Source: Chthoniobacterales bacterium (lineage in GTDB: Bacteria > Verrucomicrobiota > Verrucomicrobiia > Chthoniobacterales > UBA6821). From it: 64,000 bases of DNA. The stretch lies in NCBI GenBank assembly GCA_019747735.1, contig JAIEQL010000040.1:3179-67178 (forward strand). Direction: 5' to 3'. The notes under the pieces were generated by a model that was not told where the DNA came from, did not search any database, and saw nothing but the letters and a program-made list of their open reading frames with translations. Positions 45,919 to 55,526 of this stretch are shown piece after piece. A program made the position numbers and the translations under genes. Every line of letters starts with the position of its first letter. The stretch's first letter is position 1.

Positions 45919-46607
45919 GATTCCTGCTCTTCGGGATGAGGATGAAAGACTAAAGTGATTTCTCCTTTTACTCCTTTTTCAGAAAAATGAGCCAACACTT
46001 CAGTAGGCGTGCCATGAACGTATTCTTCAAATTTTTTGCTGAGCTCGCGAGCCACGCAGAGTCGTGCCATGGGCATGAGAAGCTCACAATCTTTAAGACA
46101 TGCTAAGAGCCGATGAGGCGATTCAAAATAGAGAGAAGTAATGCCGCGCTGGCAAGCAGCCTTGATTTCGGCACGTCGCTTCGATCCTGAGTTGGAAAGA
46201 AATCCCCCAAAATAAAAAGGAACGGGAGGTAAGCCACTGGCAACCAGGGCGGTTGTTACCGCAGAAGGGCCAGGAATGACGCTGTAGGGAATTTTGTTTT
46301 CTAAGCAAGCACGCACCAAGCGATATCCGGGGTCACTGATGGAAGGCATACCGGCATCAGTGATGAGAACAGTTTTTTTTCCTTGGTTTAGCCCGCTGAC
46401 AATTTGAGGGAGGCGCTGCTCTTCGTTATGCTCTTGAAAGCTGAGTGTTCTTTTTTGCAATCCTAAATGATTGAGTAACTGCTCCGCGCGGCGTGTATCT
46501 TCAGCAATGACAAGATCAGACTCCGCTAACGCTGATTCTACGCGGTGCGAAAGGTCACCGAGATTTCCGATAGGGGTAGGTAAGATGAGTAATAAGGGAT
46601 GGGGCAT
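45876..46607 (-). CDS. rsmI: 16S rRNA (cytidine1402-2'-O)-methyltransferase
   Basis: The N-terminus LILPTPIGNLGDLS and AEDTR match. The start is moved to Met28. The 3' end overlaps the accA 3' end by 43 nt. Confidence 0.85.
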   Translation of the reverse strand: MPHPLLLILPTPIGNLGDLSHRVESALAESDLVIAEDTRRAEQLLNHLGLQKRTLSFQEHNEEQRLPQIVSGLNQGKKTVLITDAGMPSISDPGYRLVRACLENKIPYSVIPGPSAVTTALVASGLPPVPFYFGGFLSNSGSKRRAEIKAACQRGITSLYFESPHRLLACLKDCELLMPMARLCVARELSKKFEEYVHGTPTEVLAHFSEKGVKGEITLVFHPHPEEQESHSSEKTPILRNLA

Positions 46608-46765
46608 GAATAAAGATAGGCTGGAGGCTAGAGGCTGGAGTGTTGTCTGATCGAAAATCAAGTATAATTTCACAACCAATTTTTGCACATAACTTCATAA
46701 GCTTAAAAACAGCAGTACTCAAAAAAAGAGTGATTTGAGAGTGTATGATGAATTAACATCTCATA

Positions 46766-47215
46766 ATGCTACTTGAAAAATGGATGGTTTATGCGCTCTT
46801 GGCAGCGATGCTCTGGGGAGCTAGTTATGCAGCCTGCGGGCCTATTCTTCGCATGGGAATGCCACCATTGGTATTTTATTTTTTTTATTCCTTGGTGGGG
46901 TTTCTGATGACACTGATTCTGCTGATTGTTCGTGGAAAAATAGGAACGCTCTGTTCCCAACTTCATGAGCTTGGCTCTAATACTGGTTGGTTCTTCTTTT
47001 CTATTGTAGGAGCCTCTCTTGGGGGAATCATGACTTACTTAGCCATTGGAGAAAAAAATGCCACGTTAGCTTCGCTAGTTGAGATTTCTTACCCTTTGTT
47101 TGTCATTTTATTTACTTGGATTTTTTTTCAAGAGGTAGAACTCAATGTGATAACGACCGTAGGTGCATTTTTAGTGATATTAGGAGTAAGTCTCATTTGT
47201 TTGAATGCTCATTAA
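46766..47215 (+). CDS. Small DMT/EamA-like membrane protein (149 aa, about 5 TM)
   Basis: Hydrophobic profile and a length equal to one EamA half. Confidence 0.5.
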   Translation: MLLEKWMVYALLAAMLWGASYAACGPILRMGMPPLVFYFFYSLVGFLMTLILLIVRGKIGTLCSQLHELGSNTGWFFFSIVGASLGGIMTYLAIGEKNATLASLVEISYPLFVILFTWIFFQEVELNVITTVGAFLVILGVSLICLNAH

Positions 47216-47383
47216 CTTATTTATAAGGTTGGGTTAGGCGCTTCATGATTAAGTTCATCAATGTGCTTTAGCAGCGAAGCTGACTCAAACTGCTAACACT
47301 CAAACTTTCTTCTCTTCAGCATTACTAAAATTTTTTTGAAAGTAAATCGGTTGAAATTCTCCTTAACTTAGTGCCACTCTACT

Positions 47384-49183
47384 ATGCCTCTCTTCCAACT
47401 TTATCAGGTAACACTGGCTTACGGATCCTTGCCCCTTCTCGATCACGCCGATCTTCAAATAGAGCCTGGTGAGCGAATCTGTCTTGTCGGTCGTAATGGA
47501 ACTGGGAAGACAAGCCTCATGCGTCTGATGACGGGCGAAGAGACTCCCGGAGAGGGAGAAGTTTTTCGTGCTCCCGGAACTGTTGTAACTTACCTGAGTC
47601 AAGAGATTCCAGAAAATATTACTGGTTCTGTCATGGAGGTGATGCACTCAGGATTGCCTTTGAACGGTCATGAAGAGCAGTGGGAGAGCGATGTTCGCCT
47701 CGAGGCTTTAGCAGAGACGATGAATCTACCTGCTGATACAGCTTTCACCTCGCTTTCCGGAGGATTAAAGCGTCGCGCGCTTTTAGCGCGTGCTCTTGCA
47801 GGAAAACCAGATCTTCTTCTTCTGGATGAACCGACCAATCATCTTGATCTCGAGACGATCATTTGGCTGGAAGAATTTTTATTAACAACCTCGATTACAC
47901 TTTTTTTTGTCACTCATGATCGCGCTTTTTTGAAAAAACTAGCAACACGCATTGTCGAATTAGATCGTGGGCGTCTTACGAGTTGGAATTGTGACTACCC
48001 AACTTATTTGGAACGCAAAGCTGCTTCTCTTCATGCGGAAGAAAAAGAGTGGGCTGCTTTTGACAAGAAGCTGGCTCAAGAAGAGCTCTGGATAAGACAA
48101 GGGGTGAGGGCACGCAGAACTCGGAACGAAGGACGGGTTCGAGCGCTCCAACAGTTGCGACGAGAGCGAGGAGAACGCCGTGAGCGCGAGGGAAAAGCGA
48201 AGATCGCATTGCAAACAGGAAATCTCTCCGGTCAAAAAGTCATCGAGGCGAAAGATGTCTGCTTTTATTATGATGACACGCCTATTATCCAACATTTGAC
48301 AACGACGATTTGGCGTGGTGATAAGATTGGAATCATCGGTGCCAATGGTAGCGGTAAGACGACCTTACTCAAACTGCTGCTTGGAGAAATAGCTCCCACT
48401 TCTGGCTCGGTGCATCTTGGAACAAAACTAGAAGTTGTTTATTTTGATCAACTGCGAGGGAAGATCGATGGAGAAAAGAGCGTGGCTGCCAATGTCGCCG
48501 GCGATGCTGATACAGTGCTCTTTCAAGGACGATCACGCCATATTCATAGCTATCTCGAAGATTTTTTGTTCCCTCGCGATCGGATTCGCATGCAAGCTAA
48601 AATGCTTTCAGGAGGAGAACGCAATCGACTGCTGCTTGCCAAACTTTTTCTTCAGCCAGCAAATGTCCTTGTCATGGATGAACCGACCAACGATCTCGAT
48701 GCGGAAACATTAGAGCTGCTGGAAGAGTTGTTGCTCGATTATCAAGGGACTCTTCTTCTTGTCTCTCACGACCGCGCCTTTCTCAATAGTGTGGTGACAA
48801 GCACGCTTGTTTTTGAGGGAGAGGGAAAAATCGGTGAATACTGTGGAGGATACGATGATTGGGTAGCACGGCGTCCCACTCCAAAAGTTGTTGTGACTCC
48901 ACCGATCACTCGCATTGAACAAAAGTCAGAACGCCCATCACGTCCCATTGCTTTTCTTAAGCGGGAACAACGTGAACTGGAAGAGTTGCCGCTGCTTATC
49001 GAGCAATGGGAGAGGGAGAAAGAATCGCTTTCAGAGATGCTTTGTGATCCTGAGCTCTATCGAGGAGACGCAAAAAAATTCTCAGAAATTCAAGCTCAAC
49101 TCCATGCTCTTGAAGACCGCATTGCAAAAAGCTATCTCCGATGGGAAGAATTAGAAGAGAAACGGAGTGCCCTGGTAATTTAA
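47384..49183 (+). CDS. uup: ABC-F family ATPase (Uup-like, two ABC domains plus C-terminal coiled coil)
   Basis: Two Walker A sites (GRNGTGKTS, GANGSGKTT), two LSGG signatures, a basic linker and a coiled-coil tail. Confidence 0.85.
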   Translation: MPLFQLYQVTLAYGSLPLLDHADLQIEPGERICLVGRNGTGKTSLMRLMTGEETPGEGEVFRAPGTVVTYLSQEIPENITGSVMEVMHSGLPLNGHEEQWESDVRLEALAETMNLPADTAFTSLSGGLKRRALLARALAGKPDLLLLDEPTNHLDLETIIWLEEFLLTTSITLFFVTHDRAFLKKLATRIVELDRGRLTSWNCDYPTYLERKAASLHAEEKEWAAFDKKLAQEELWIRQGVRARRTRNEGRVRALQQLRRERGERREREGKAKIALQTGNLSGQKVIEAKDVCFYYDDTPIIQHLTTTIWRGDKIGIIGANGSGKTTLLKLLLGEIAPTSGSVHLGTKLEVVYFDQLRGKIDGEKSVAANVAGDADTVLFQGRSRHIHSYLEDFLFPRDRIRMQAKMLSGGERNRLLLAKLFLQPANVLVMDEPTNDLDAETLELLEELLLDYQGTLLLVSHDRAFLNSVVTSTLVFEGEGKIGEYCGGYDDWVARRPTPKVVVTPPITRIEQKSERPSRPIAFLKREQRELEELPLLIEQWEREKESLSEMLCDPELYRGDAKKFSEIQAQLHALEDRIAKSYLRWEELEEKRSALVI

Positions 49184-49214
49184 ACATACCTTTCTCAATT
49201 GAAGATTTGACATT

Positions 49215-49252
49215 GGGGTTGAACACGTAGATAGTGTCACCCCTTTAATTTT
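49215..49252 (+). terminator. Possible intrinsic terminator between the uup-like gene and typA
   Basis: ggggttgaacac-gtagata-gtgtcacccc is followed by tttaatttt. The stem has one bulge. Confidence 0.35.
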
Positions 49253-51085
49253 ATGGCATCTACTCTGGAATCTATTCGCAACATCGCTATTATTGCTCAC
49301 GTTGATCATGGCAAAACAACACTCGTTGATCAGCTGCTTAAGCAGGCAGGTACTTTTCGAGCTAATGAAGCAAAGGCTTCGGAAGAGCGCATCATGGATT
49401 CCATGGATCTAGAGCGAGAAAAGGGGATTACGATTAAGGCTAAGAATGCTGCTTTTCACTGGAAAGATTATCACATCAATATCGTTGATACTCCCGGCCA
49501 CGCTGACTTTGGTGGCGAAGTAGAACGGATTATGAAAATGGTTGATGGCGTGCTCTTGGTCGTCGATGCTCATGATGGGCCACAGGCTCAGACAAAATTT
49601 GTCTTGAAAAAAGCACTTGAGAATGGGGCTAAGCCCATTGTGGTCATCAACAAAATCGATCGCGAAAATGCACGTCCGCATAAAGTGCTTGACATGATTT
49701 TTGAACTCTTTTTAGAACTCGGCGCTAACGATGAGCAGCTTGATTTTCCAGTTGTCTATGCCAGCGCCAAACAAGGGTATGCTAAGAATGAAATTGATCA
49801 GGAGAGCGGCACTATGGAGCCTCTCTATGAAGCGGTCGTTAAACATATTCCGTGCCCTAAAAAAGCAGATGTTTCCTACTTCCAAATGCTCGTCTCCAAC
49901 CTCGATTGGAGTGACTATCTAGGACGTATTGCCTATGGCCGCATTATTAGTGGACAAGTCAAAGTAGGTGATAACATTGTTTGTATTCATAAAGATGGCA
50001 AACGCGAAAAGAAAAACATCACGGCCCTTTTTGGTCACCAAGGATTGGCCAAGATTGAACTTAAGGAAGCCTCTGAAGGGGATATTATCGGTCTTGCAGG
50101 GTTTGAAGATGTTTTCATTGGAGAAACATTGACGGACAATGAAGAGCGTCCTGCATTAGCCTTTGTCGATATTGATCCTCCCACCATCACGATGAAAATT
50201 TGTATCAATGATGGACCTCTGGCAGGAAAAGAAGGAAAACTTCTCACTGCTCGCCAAATCAGTGAGCGTCTCATTCGCGAGACTCGCACCAATGTTTCTA
50301 TCGAAGTGAGCGATACTGATATTGCTGGCCATTTTCAAATCAAAGCCCGTGGTGAGATGCAAATTGCCGTCATTGTCGAGCAGATGCGCCGCGAAGGCTT
50401 TGAACTCTTGGTTTCACGACCTGAGGTTATTTTTAAACGGGATGAGCATGGTACCCTCATTGAGCCACTCGAGAGCGTTTACATCGATGTTCCCAAAGAT
50501 AATCTTGGCGATATTTTACAAAGCTTAGCTTCTCGTAAAGCAGACATTATCTCGATGGAGCACCAAGCACACAGTGTCACTGTTGAAGCTATTGTTCCGA
50601 CACGAGGATTGATCGGTTTTGAAACAGATCTCGTCAATGCCACGAAAGGACATGGCATCATGTCACATATTTTCAAAGAATATGCTCCTTACAAAGGAGA
50701 GATTCCCACGCGAAACAATGGTGTTCTCATCTCGATGGAAAATGGAATCAGTATGGCTTATGCCCTGGATACAATTCAAGAACGGGGCCGTCTTTTCATT
50801 GGGCCTCAAGAAGAAGTTTATATCGGTATGGTCATTGGTGAAAACGCACGCCCTGATGACATGCCTGTCAATCCTTGTAAGGCCAAAAAACTTTCTAACA
50901 TGCGTAGCACCGGCGATGGCAAAGGAATCTCACTGACGCCACCCCTTAAAATGAGCCTGGAGCGCTCCCTTGAGTATATCGCCAACGATGAGTATGTGGA
51001 AGTGACGCCACTTAGTTTGCGTCTTCGCAAAAAAATTCTTGATGCAACTGCGAGGAAGCGTTCGAGCACGACGCCAACAGCATAA
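49253..51085 (+). CDS. typA: Translational GTPase TypA/BipA
   Basis: IRNIAIIAHVDHGKTTLVD, DTPGHADF, NKID and full-length collinearity with BipA. Confidence 0.95.
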   Translation: MASTLESIRNIAIIAHVDHGKTTLVDQLLKQAGTFRANEAKASEERIMDSMDLEREKGITIKAKNAAFHWKDYHINIVDTPGHADFGGEVERIMKMVDGVLLVVDAHDGPQAQTKFVLKKALENGAKPIVVINKIDRENARPHKVLDMIFELFLELGANDEQLDFPVVYASAKQGYAKNEIDQESGTMEPLYEAVVKHIPCPKKADVSYFQMLVSNLDWSDYLGRIAYGRIISGQVKVGDNIVCIHKDGKREKKNITALFGHQGLAKIELKEASEGDIIGLAGFEDVFIGETLTDNEERPALAFVDIDPPTITMKICINDGPLAGKEGKLLTARQISERLIRETRTNVSIEVSDTDIAGHFQIKARGEMQIAVIVEQMRREGFELLVSRPEVIFKRDEHGTLIEPLESVYIDVPKDNLGDILQSLASRKADIISMEHQAHSVTVEAIVPTRGLIGFETDLVNATKGHGIMSHIFKEYAPYKGEIPTRNNGVLISMENGISMAYALDTIQERGRLFIGPQEEVYIGMVIGENARPDDMPVNPCKAKKLSNMRSTGDGKGISLTPPLKMSLERSLEYIANDEYVEVTPLSLRLRKKILDATARKRSSTTPTA

Positions 51086-51216
51086 TGGGCATTGTACAAC
51101 AATATCCATTAAACTGAGTTGAAAGTGTGCCACTGTGAAGTTAGCGGCATCCCTGCTGGTTCTCGCCTTCGCGAGAACGACATAGGAATCCAGCTATGGA
51201 ACTAAGCTTTGCTTAA

Positions 51217-51336
51217 AAAAGTTGAAGTTGAAGCAACAGATTTTCTGAGTAGCTTAATTTTGTTTTTCAATTTAGAGATCTTTATTTGCTGCGAAGCAGC
51301 CACTAATTAACTTAAACTTTCAACTTAAACTTTTTT
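51217..51336. repeat. Inverted pair of GTTGAA/GTTTAA word arrays abutting the yebC start
   Basis: aaaagttgaagttgaag (51217..51233) pairs imperfectly with cttaaactttcaacttaaactttttt (51311..51336). An internal gctgc-gaa-gcagc hairpin is present. The yebC ATG is at 51339. Confidence 0.65.
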
Positions 51337-51338
51337 CC

Positions 51339-52067
51339 ATGGGACGCCAATGGCTCTTAGCAAAACGTGAGGTTTCTTCACTTAGAAAATCAAAGACAAC
51401 GGGCAAATTTGTTCGTGAAATTACTATTGCTGCACGTCAAGGGGGAGCTGATCCTGCGGCCAATGCACGCCTAGCAGCTGCGATTGAAAAAGCAAAAAAA
51501 GAGAGTGTTTCACGTGATGTTATTGAACGTGCCATCAGCAAAGGAGCTGGTGTTGGCGGCGAGAAGGCAACGCTCGAGCATATTCTTTTTGAAGGATACG
51601 CACCTCACAAAGTTCCTGTGATCGTGGAAGTCTTCACCGATAACAACAATCGAACGGCTCCTGAGATTCGTGTTCTTTTCCGCGATGCTCAGCTCGGGAA
51701 TCCTGGAAGCAATAAATTTCTTTTTGACCACGTTGGTTTAGTGGAGGCTTATACGACTAATCTCAAAGCCGATCTTGAAGAAGCCGCCATCGAAGCGGGA
51801 GCAAATGAAGTGGAACGACTCACTCATGATCAAAATGATGATATCCCTTTAGAGGTCACCGGAGCCCGTTTCATCACAGATCGCACGACGACTCACGCCG
51901 TTTCCCAATGGCTTCTAGAACAGGGATGGAAAGTCGTTACGAGTGAAATTGGTTACTTGGCAAAAAACTTTCCAGTGCTCGACGAGAATCAACGTGGAGA
52001 GGTGGGGGCTTTTCTTCAAGCTCTGGAAGATCACGATGATGTGCATCGTGTTTGGGCGGCACTATAG
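51339..52067 (+). CDS. yebC: YebC/PmpR-family transcriptional regulator
   Basis: The pattern AKR......K....GK........AAR.GG.DP..N.RL is present. 242 aa. Confidence 0.9.
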   Translation: MGRQWLLAKREVSSLRKSKTTGKFVREITIAARQGGADPAANARLAAAIEKAKKESVSRDVIERAISKGAGVGGEKATLEHILFEGYAPHKVPVIVEVFTDNNNRTAPEIRVLFRDAQLGNPGSNKFLFDHVGLVEAYTTNLKADLEEAAIEAGANEVERLTHDQNDDIPLEVTGARFITDRTTTHAVSQWLLEQGWKVVTSEIGYLAKNFPVLDENQRGEVGAFLQALEDHDDVHRVWAAL

Positions 52068-52229
52068 TGTATTAAATTGAGAAGGGTACACTATAAGCTT
52101 GCGCTTTTTTCCTAGGACTGAGTTTTAAGCCCTTACGTTATCTTTAGATAGCGCTTCGATCTTAAAGCCTTGTCCTAAGAAAAAAATCTCAGCGCTTCTA
52201 ACGCGCCCTTTTCAATTCAATCCACTATA
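52063..52229 (+). mobile_element. MITE-like element, family B copy 2 (TIR TAGTGKATTRAATTGARAAGGG, TA flanks)
   Basis: The element spans 52065..52227, flanked by TA at 52063..52064 and 52228..52229. Its first three nt are the yebC stop TAG. It shares the conserved about 65-nt core with 1764..1922. Confidence 0.8.
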
Positions 52230-52281
52230 GTTGTGTGATTAGGAAATTATTTCTAAAAATTGTATCTGCGCGGAAACGCTC

Positions 52282-52444
52282 TATATTCAAATTACTTAGA
52301 AAGTACATGAAAGAACGCAGAGATTTTTAGAAAAGGCAAGGCCGAAGAGCGAGCGCTATATCTTATAACGGGAGTAATGAGAACGCGGTCTTTTCCTGAA
52401 AAGATCAAGTCAATTTTGTGTGATTTCTAAGTAATTTGACTATA
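52282..52444 (-). mobile_element. MITE-like element, family B copy 3 (reverse orientation, different TIR)
   Basis: Arms are tatattcaaattacttagaaa / tttctaagtaatttgactata. The reverse complement of the interior carries CCCGTTAT..ATAGCGCTCGCTCTTCGGCCTTGC..AAAAATCTCTGCG. Confidence 0.7.
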
Positions 52445-52451
52445 ATATGGC

Positions 52452-53135
52452 ATGAACTTCACTTACTACGGTCACTCTTGTTTTCAAATCGATGTTGCGG
52501 GAAAGAAGCTTCTTTTTGATCCTTTTATCACGCCCAATCCACTTGCTTCTGGTGTTGATATCACTCAACTAAAACCCGATTACATTTTTTTATCCCATGG
52601 GCATTATGATCATGTTGCCGATGTAGAGCGTATTGCCAGTCAAAGTGAAGCCGTTATTGTGGGATGTTATGAGGTTGTCGAATGGTTTCGTGCTAAGGGG
52701 TTCGAGAAAAATCACAGCATGAACATCGGTGGCTCTTGGGAGTTTGATTTTGGAAAGGTCACGCTTACCCCAGCAGTTCATTCTAGCAGTATGCCAGATG
52801 GTTCTTATGGAGGGGTTGCTGGCGGTTTTTTAATCAAAACAGAGGAAGGCTTTTTTTATTACAGCGGTGATACGGCTCTTTTTTCTGACATGAAATTGTT
52901 AGCAAGCAAGGGAGCATTAGCGTTTGCAGTCCTTTGCATCGGGGGTAATTTTACCATGAACGCCAAAGAGGCTCTGCAAGGTGCTCAGTGGCTAGGATGC
53001 AAAGAAATCATAGGCGTACATTATGATACTTTTCCTGCGATTAAAATAAATCACACTGCAGCACAGAATCGCTTTCAAAAGGAAGGGAGTCAGCTTCACT
53101 TGCTGCCTATAGGAGAAAGTTTATCTTTTTCATAA
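52452..53135 (+). CDS. Metallo-beta-lactamase-fold hydrolase (UPF0173 family)
   Basis: YYGHSCF, the LSHGHYDH motif, and 227 aa. Confidence 0.8.
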   Translation: MNFTYYGHSCFQIDVAGKKLLFDPFITPNPLASGVDITQLKPDYIFLSHGHYDHVADVERIASQSEAVIVGCYEVVEWFRAKGFEKNHSMNIGGSWEFDFGKVTLTPAVHSSSMPDGSYGGVAGGFLIKTEEGFFYYSGDTALFSDMKLLASKGALAFAVLCIGGNFTMNAKEALQGAQWLGCKEIIGVHYDTFPAIKINHTAAQNRFQKEGSQLHLLPIGESLSFS

Positions 53136-54916
53136 TGCCAAAAACTTCCTTTTTTCGTAAATCCCATCTGCCCAAAAAAATCTCGGCAGATAAAATTGGC
53201 AGGAGTTTCTATGACCTCAGCAGTAATCACAGCGCCATTGAGATGGTGGATGATGCGCGTGAGTACTGACTTCTCGATATCTAGTCCAAGGACACGGCAG
53301 CTCATGACAAACTGTAACAAATGATGATCCTGAATAAGAACCACACCTACTAAGCCATAGGTAGTGAATTTATCTGCTACTTGGAACACATAGAAAAACC
53401 CTTTTTTCTTAAAAAAATCAGTACATTCTTCCGGGGTCCATCGTTTGCCAGTGGTGTTAAATTGATTTGTTTTGTTCAACAATTCAAAAGCACGAGCAAA
53501 ATGAGGGTGTGCCGTATGATCAATTTTCATGATTTCAATACGGAGTTGAAGTGATTCTAAAAATTCCTCTCGCGTTGTGAAACTCGCTTTCTGTGCATGT
53601 TCACGTTGCGCTTGAATAGATTGAGTGCGTTGAGAGGATTCTTGGGAAATGTGGGGCGCTTGTAGCTCTGGGGCCCAAAGTAACACTCTTTTGATATGAT
53701 AAAGATCCGCTCCCAATGTTCTAATTTCTGGAAAAGCTCGTTGCACCTTCTCTCGTTCCACAGGATTATCATCAAGAAAAAGAGCGTTGCCAGGAAGAAG
53801 ATGTACTTCTTGTAAGATTTCTTGAATGTTGTCGCACTTATCTCTTCTGTTAATTTTTTTGACGACAAAATCTTCTGGCCTTAAATAATTTTGAAAAAGA
53901 GTTTGCCATTCTTTAAGAATCAGCTCCTCCTCATTGTTGCTAGCAATGGCAAGGAGAATCCCTCTTTTTTTTAGAAACAGAAGAGCCTCCATCACTCCTA
54001 AAGGCCATCCTTCTAGCCCTGGCCCTAGCATTCCCTCTTCGGCAAAAACTCCTCGCCAGAGCGTATCGTCAAGATCGCAAATGACTATTTTGATGGCATC
54101 TTGTTGACGGAGGGTCTTGTAGTGAGCGGCGATTTCATGCCAGAGGGCATCAATGAAGCTGTCGGCTCTTAAAGTGTACCCTTGGGAATATCTTTTAGGG
54201 GGATGTAATCTTTTTTGGTCGTGCCGAAAATCACTATCACTTACGAGGGCTCCATGACTGGCGACGTGAAAAATATCATCTTGAATATAGCGACGCCCTA
54301 GTGAAGCCGCTATTTCATTGGCATCGATAAAGTAGACATTTGATCTTGCATGAACTAACTCCGAAAGCCTTTTGTTGAGCTGATCTATGTAATAAGAGAT
54401 ATTTCTTAAATCGTAAGCAGGGAGAAAGCGGCCCATTAAGTTTTGTTGAGGAAGGAAAAAATTGGTAACAAAAGTCGTGAGGTGATGTTCTGTATTATAT
54501 TGAAGAAGATAATCAAAAAATAACTCTAGGAGTTTTACTGATTCTTCAAAAGCTTCCCTGTGTCCCTTGATGTCGTGATAATCTAGATGCAAATAAGAGC
54601 TCTCGTTCATAATAACCCTGAGCGGGATCTGCACTATCTGAAAAGAATATTCATCAATCGCTTTTGGAGGTGAACTGGGAAGGGGCGCAATGTGGTGGGT
54701 GACTATATGATCAACAGAGGCCTCTTTACTGGCTGTAAAAACTTTCCTTTTAAATTGTAATGCAAGCGCGTTTGAAAAACAGGCACCTATAAGAAGTATA
54801 TTTTTAATCGGCACTTCTTCTCTGCTAAGATCAATCGGAGCCCTGTGATAAAGCTCATCACGGAGTGAGGGTGAGGGCTTCTTGTTTTTATTGCTGACTA
54901 GCTGTAAGGGTATCAT
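53096..54916 (-). CDS. FkbH-like protein (HAD-IIIC phosphatase core with N- and C-terminal extension domains)
   Basis: The HAD motif I context is VICDLDDTLWRGV, with FLDDNP as motif IV. The 606-aa length and tripartite layout match FkbH-domain proteins. Confidence 0.7.
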   Translation of the reverse strand: MIPLQLVSNKNKKPSPSLRDELYHRAPIDLSREEVPIKNILLIGACFSNALALQFKRKVFTASKEASVDHIVTHHIAPLPSSPPKAIDEYSFQIVQIPLRVIMNESSYLHLDYHDIKGHREAFEESVKLLELFFDYLLQYNTEHHLTTFVTNFFLPQQNLMGRFLPAYDLRNISYYIDQLNKRLSELVHARSNVYFIDANEIAASLGRRYIQDDIFHVASHGALVSDSDFRHDQKRLHPPKRYSQGYTLRADSFIDALWHEIAAHYKTLRQQDAIKIVICDLDDTLWRGVFAEEGMLGPGLEGWPLGVMEALLFLKKRGILLAIASNNEEELILKEWQTLFQNYLRPEDFVVKKINRRDKCDNIQEILQEVHLLPGNALFLDDNPVEREKVQRAFPEIRTLGADLYHIKRVLLWAPELQAPHISQESSQRTQSIQAQREHAQKASFTTREEFLESLQLRIEIMKIDHTAHPHFARAFELLNKTNQFNTTGKRWTPEECTDFFKKKGFFYVFQVADKFTTYGLVGVVLIQDHHLLQFVMSCRVLGLDIEKSVLTRIIHHLNGAVITAEVIETPANFICRDFFGQMGFTKKGSFWHYEKDKLSPIGSK

Positions 54917-54961
54917 CTCAACTTTTCAGAAAAAAAGATGGCTTTAGAGCAAGCGAGTCAT

Positions 54962-55026
54962 GAGCAATGGATTCAGTCTCAGCTAATTCATGGCTGAGTC
55001 TATGAATTAGTTGGGACCCGTTGTTC
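54962..55026. repeat. Palindromic element, family D copy 2 (GAGCAATGG... arms)
   Basis: gagcaatggattcagtctcagctaattcat pairs with atgaattagttgggacccgttgttc. It shares the arm start with 62059..62126, and an extra half-arm gagcaagcgagtca lies just upstream. Confidence 0.6.
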
Positions 55027-55119
55027 AAAGCAATCCTTGGATATTTTCCAGGATTTTTGAGGTGATACCTGCAATGCTAACGACGTCTTTGAAATGCCTC
55101 CCATGGGAGCACGCCTTAG

Positions 55120-55443
55120 CTAAACTTTGTTAATTGCTTTACGCAGTGCTGAGGTGCTTGATTCTAAAAGATCCTCAAGATGCCGAGAGGCTTTTCCCAA
55201 TAGAGCATGAGCTTCTTTGTGAAAAGTATCGCGTGCTTTATCAGTAGTTCGATGAGATTGCTTAACGCTCTTACGTAAGAAATCCGAAGCAGTGTCAATC
55301 AACTTGATAGCTTCTTTTGCGAGGCGATCATTAACAGTGTGCTCTTTTTTTGTAAGAGGCTTGGAAAGAGTCTTTTTGCTCACAACATTTTTTTTGTGAG
55401 ATGTTGTTTTCTTTGTGTTTTTGGTAGTCGTTTTTTGAGGCAT
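55120..55443 (-). CDS. Small basic protein (107 aa) with a K/T-rich N-terminal tail and helical C-terminus
   Basis: MPQKTTTKNTKKTTSHKKNVVSKKTLSKPLTKK is followed by amphipathic helices. No family assigned. Confidence 0.4.
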   Translation of the reverse strand: MPQKTTTKNTKKTTSHKKNVVSKKTLSKPLTKKEHTVNDRLAKEAIKLIDTASDFLRKSVKQSHRTTDKARDTFHKEAHALLGKASRHLEDLLESSTSALRKAINKV

Positions 55444-55526
55444 TTCTAAAAAGTAGCAGTTTTTTTCCTCTTTGCCAAGCTAGGAAAATGTCTTTCAAAA
55501 AATGGATTTTTTGAGAAAGGTATATT

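Noticed and set aside
54917-55110. Possible acyl carrier protein remnant (..HDSLALK..) upstream of the FkbH-like gene
   Set aside because: The DSL-containing frame has no start, is only about 36 codons long, and is encoded by an arm of the family D palindrome (54962..55026). I treat the resemblance as coincidental.
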